A stretch of 32,000 bases of DNA from Escherichia coli. Its GTDB lineage: Bacteria; Pseudomonadota; Gammaproteobacteria; Enterobacterales; Enterobacteriaceae. Positions 28,947-32,000 of the stretch are shown piece after piece. A model generated the notes under the pieces. It saw only the letters and a list, made by a program, of their open reading frames with translations, was not told the origin of the DNA and did not search any database. Made by a program: the position numbers and the translations under genes. The first letter of the stretch is position 1; the number at the start of each line of letters is the position of its first letter. The stretch lies in the NCBI RefSeq assembly GCF_004804185.1, contig NZ_CP039404.1, one strand, 5' to 3'.

Positions 28947-29828
28947 ATGGATCTGACCCAACTGGAGATGTTCAACGCGGTTGCCGAAGCTGGCAGCATT
29001 ACCCAGGCTGCAGCAAAAGTGCATCGCGTGCCGTCGAATCTCACTACCCGTCTACGTCAGCTGGAAACAGAACTAGGGGTTGATCTGTTTATTCGCGAGA
29101 ATCAGCGTTTACGTCTCTCGCCTGCCGGGCATAACTTTTTACGCTATAGCCAACAAATTCTCACGTTAGTGGATGAAGCGCGGAGCGTTGTCGCTGGCGA
29201 TGAGCCGCAAGGTTTATTTTCTCTGGGATCGCTGGAAAGCACCGCTGCAGTGCGCATTCCGGCCACGCTGGCGGAATTTAACCGTCGTTATCCCAAAATT
29301 CAGTTTTCACTTTCCACCGGCCCTTCCGGCACTATGCTGGAAGGTGTGCTGGAGGGAAAACTGAATGCGGCGTTTATTGATGGACCCATTAACCATGCTG
29401 CCATCGACGGGATACCGGTATACCGCGAGGAACTAATGATCGTCACGCCACAAGGACATGCGCCAGTAACCCGTGCCAGTCAGGTGAATGGCAGTAACAT
29501 TTATGCCTTCCGCGCCAATTGTTCGTATCGTCGCCACTTCGAAAGCTGGTTTCATGCTGACGGTGCCGCTCCGGGAACTATTCACGAGATGGAGTCTTAT
29601 CACGGGATGTTGGCCTGTGTGGTCGCAGGAGCAGGCATTGCGCTTATTCCACGCTCTATGCTGGAAAGTATGCCGGGGCATCACCAGGTTGAAGCGTGGC
29701 CGTTAGCTGAGCAATGGCGTTGGTTAACAACCTGGCTGGTCTGGCGTCGTGGTGCGAAAACGCGTCCGCTTGAGGCATTTATTCAACTGCTGGATGCGCC
29801 TGACTCGGCAAAACAGGGTTACCAATGA
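28947..29828 (+). CDS. yneJ: LysR-family transcriptional regulator
   Basis: 293 aa with an N-terminal wHTH ([40 protein letters not shown]). It is divergent from sad. Confidence 0.9.
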   Translation: MDLTQLEMFNAVAEAGSITQAAAKVHRVPSNLTTRLRQLETELGVDLFIRENQRLRLSPAGHNFLRYSQQILTLVDEARSVVAGDEPQGLFSLGSLESTAAVRIPATLAEFNRRYPKIQFSLSTGPSGTMLEGVLEGKLNAAFIDGPINHAAIDGIPVYREELMIVTPQGHAPVTRASQVNGSNIYAFRANCSYRRHFESWFHADGAAPGTIHEMESYHGMLACVVAGAGIALIPRSMLESMPGHHQVEAWPLAEQWRWLTTWLVWRRGAKTRPLEAFIQLLDAPDSAKQGYQ

Positions 29829-29905
29829 GCTATTTTTGATAGTTCATGCGGCTAATATGCTCTATATAGTGATGTTCCGATGACTTATGACTATATGGGG
29901 TAAAT

Positions 29906-30025
29906 ATGGTTACGCCAGTAAGCATCAGCAATTACATATCTCTTCCTGATGATTTTCCCGTTCGTAATATTGCACCTCAAGTAAAAGAAGAACAGGCCCC
30001 CTTCCTGATCGTCATTAAAATGTGA
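29906..30025 (+). pseudogene. yneK: 39-codon remnant at the position of yneK
   Basis: The short ORF MVTPVSISNYISLPDDFPVRNIAPQVKEEQAPFLIVIKM-stop lies where K-12 carries a ~370-aa yneK between yneJ and sotB. The yneJ-sotB spacer here is only 338 nt. Identity of the N-terminus to YneK is from memory. Confidence 0.4.
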
Positions 30026-30166
30026 TGTTAACAACTCTCTGATGCGTGACAGAACAACCGTCAGAGAGATGGAAATGCGATCCAGATCACAAATGCATTG
30101 TATTCACATCATTAACCGTTTTAAGATCATTTCATCACTTTTTCGCAACTCACCCGATAATCTGTT

Positions 30167-31357
30167 ATGACAACAAACACTGTTTCCCGCAAAGTAGCGT
30201 GGCTACGGGTCGTTACGCTGGCAGTCGCCGCCTTTATCTTCAATACCACCGAATTTGTCCCTGTTGGCCTGCTCTCTGACATTGCGCATAGTTTTCACAT
30301 GCAAACCGCTCAGGTCGGCATCATGTTGACAATTTATGCATGGGTAGTGGCGCTAATGTCATTGCCTTTTATGTTAATGACCAGCCAGGTTGAACGCCGC
30401 AAATTACTGATCTGCCTGTTTGTGGTGTTTATTGCCAGCCACGTACTGTCGTTTTTATCGTGGAGTTTTACCGTTCTGGTGATCAGTCGCATTGGTGTGG
30501 CTTTTGCACATGCGATTTTCTGGTCGATTACGGCGTCTCTGGCGATCCGTATGGCTCCGGCCGGGAAGCGAGCACAGGCATTGAGTTTAATTGCCACCGG
30601 TACAGCACTGGCAATGGTGTTAGGTTTACCTCTCGGGCGCATTGTGGGGCAGTATTTTGGCTGGCGAATGACCTTCTTCGCGATTGGTATCGGGGCGCTT
30701 ATTACCCTTTTGTGCCTGATTAAGTTACTTCCCTTGCTGCCCAGTGAGCATTCCGGTTCATTGAAAAGCCTCCCGCTATTGTTCCGCCGCCCGGCATTGA
30801 TGAGCATTTATTTGTTAACTGTGGTGGTTGTCACCGCCCATTACACGGCATACAGCTATATCGAGCCTTTTGTACAAAACATTGCGGGATTCAGCGCCAA
30901 CTTTGCCACGGCATTACTGTTATTACTCGGTAGTGCGGGCATTATTGGCAGCGTGATTTTCGGTAAACTGGGTAATCAGTATGCGTCTGCGTTGGTGAGT
31001 ACAGCGATTGCGCTATTGCTGGTGTGCCTGGCACTGCTGCTACCTGCGGCGAACAGTGAAATACACCTCGGGGTGCTGAGTATTTTCTGGGGGATCGCGA
31101 TGATGATCATCGGGCTTGGTATGCAGGTTAAAGTGCTGGCGCTGGCACCAGATGCCACCGACGTCGCGATGGCGCTATTCTCCGGGATATTTAATATTGG
31201 AATCGGCGCGGGTGCGTTGGTAGGTAATCAGGTGAGTCTGCACTGGTCAATGTCGATGATTGGTTATGTAGGCGCGGTGCCTGCTTTTGCTGCGTTAATA
31301 TGGTCAATCATCATTTTTCGCCGCTGGCCAGTGACACTCGAAGAACAGACGCAATAG
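30167..31357 (+). CDS. sotB: MFS sugar efflux transporter
   Basis: 396 aa with 12 predicted TM segments, [30 protein letters not shown]..., recognised as SotB (YdeA). Confidence 0.9.
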   Translation: MTTNTVSRKVAWLRVVTLAVAAFIFNTTEFVPVGLLSDIAHSFHMQTAQVGIMLTIYAWVVALMSLPFMLMTSQVERRKLLICLFVVFIASHVLSFLSWSFTVLVISRIGVAFAHAIFWSITASLAIRMAPAGKRAQALSLIATGTALAMVLGLPLGRIVGQYFGWRMTFFAIGIGALITLLCLIKLLPLLPSEHSGSLKSLPLLFRRPALMSIYLLTVVVVTAHYTAYSYIEPFVQNIAGFSANFATALLLLLGSAGIIGSVIFGKLGNQYASALVSTAIALLLVCLALLLPAANSEIHLGVLSIFWGIAMMIIGLGMQVKVLALAPDATDVAMALFSGIFNIGIGAGALVGNQVSLHWSMSMIGYVGAVPAFAALIWSIIIFRRWPVTLEEQTQ

Positions 31358-31360
31358 TTG

Positions 31361-31384
31361 AAAGGCCCATTCGGGCCTTTTTTA
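31361..31384. terminator. bidirectional terminator between sotB and marC
   Basis: AAAGGCCC-attc-GGGCCTTT followed by TTTT, shared by the convergent genes. Confidence 0.75.
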
Positions 31385-32000
31385 ATGATACGTTTTAATG
31401 ATTTCCAGGATGCCGTTAATAATAAACTGCACGCCCATACATACCAGCAGGAATCCCATCAGACGGGAGATCGCTTCAATACCACCCTTGCCCACCAGCC
31501 GCATAATTGCGCCAGAGCTGCGTAGACTTCCCCACAAAATAACCGCCACCAGGAAAAAGATCAGCGGCGGCGCAACCATCAGTACCCAATCAGCGAAGGT
31601 TGAACTCTGACGCACTGTGGAGGCCGAGCTAATAATCATCGCAATGGTTCCCGGACCGGCGGTACTTGGCATTGCCAGTGGTACAAAAGCAATATTGGCA
31701 CTGGGTTCATCTTCCAGCTCTTCCGACTTGCTTTTCGCTTCCGGTGAATCAATCGCTTTCTGTTGCGGAAAGAGCATCCGAAAACCGATAAACGCGACGA
31801 TTAAGCCGCCTGCAATTCGCAGACCGGGAATCGAAATGCCAAATGTATCCATCACCAGTTGCCCGGCGTAATACGCCACCATCATGATGGCAAATACGTA
31901 CACCGAGGCCATCAACGACTGACGATTACGTTCGGCACTGTTCATGTTGCCTGCCAGGCCAAGAAATAACGCGACAGTTGTTAATGGGTTAGCTAACGGC
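31382..32000 (-). CDS. marC: MarC-family inner-membrane protein, 5' end beyond the window
   Basis: The frame stays open to the window edge (..[30 protein letters not shown]...). The C-terminus ...ILEIIKTYH matches MarC. Confidence 0.9.
   Translation of the reverse strand, partial: PLANPLTTVALFLGLAGNMNSAERNRQSLMASVYVFAIMMVAYYAGQLVMDTFGISIPGLRIAGGLIVAFIGFRMLFPQQKAIDSPEAKSKSEELEDEPSANIAFVPLAMPSTAGPGTIAMIISSASTVRQSSTFADWVLMVAPPLIFFLVAVILWGSLRSSGAIMRLVGKGGIEAISRLMGFLLVCMGVQFIINGILEIIKTYH

Overview
E. coli-type chromosome, replication-terminus region. Left flank (1-2516): a chaperone-usher fimbrial cluster and a yneL-like AraC fragment. Right flank (19049-32000): hipBA, tam, yneE, uxaB, dgcF, yneG, glsB, sad, yneJ, a yneK remnant, sotB and marC. 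The centre (2534-19048) is a head-to-tail dimer of an ~8.25-kb filamentous (inovirus) prophage, with units of 8254 and 8252 bp, inserted exactly in the chromosomal dif site. Each unit carries on the minus strand an HUH Rep, small membrane proteins, a pVIII-like coat, a pIII-like protein with a Gly/Ser repeat linker, pVI-like, Zot/pI-like and pIV-type secretin genes. A divergent RHH-like regulator sits on the plus strand. No integrase is present. Instead each unit carries a 98-nt forked hairpin made of two inverted dif-like sites, resembling the folded-ssDNA attP of CTXphi. The three junctions fit a XerC top-strand exchange that regenerates a working dif at the left end. The two copies differ almost only by small indels, and these break different genes in each copy. 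This is either complementary decay or homopolymer sequencing error. The zot-secretin spacer contains a segment strikingly similar to the ColE1/pMB1 primosome assembly site region, a candidate minus-strand origin. Host-gene oddities are an in-frame TAA splitting dgcF, an apparent 8-codon in-frame deletion in sad, and loss of most of yneK. Family assignments rest on motif recognition and on remembered K-12 gene order and sequences. No database search was possible.
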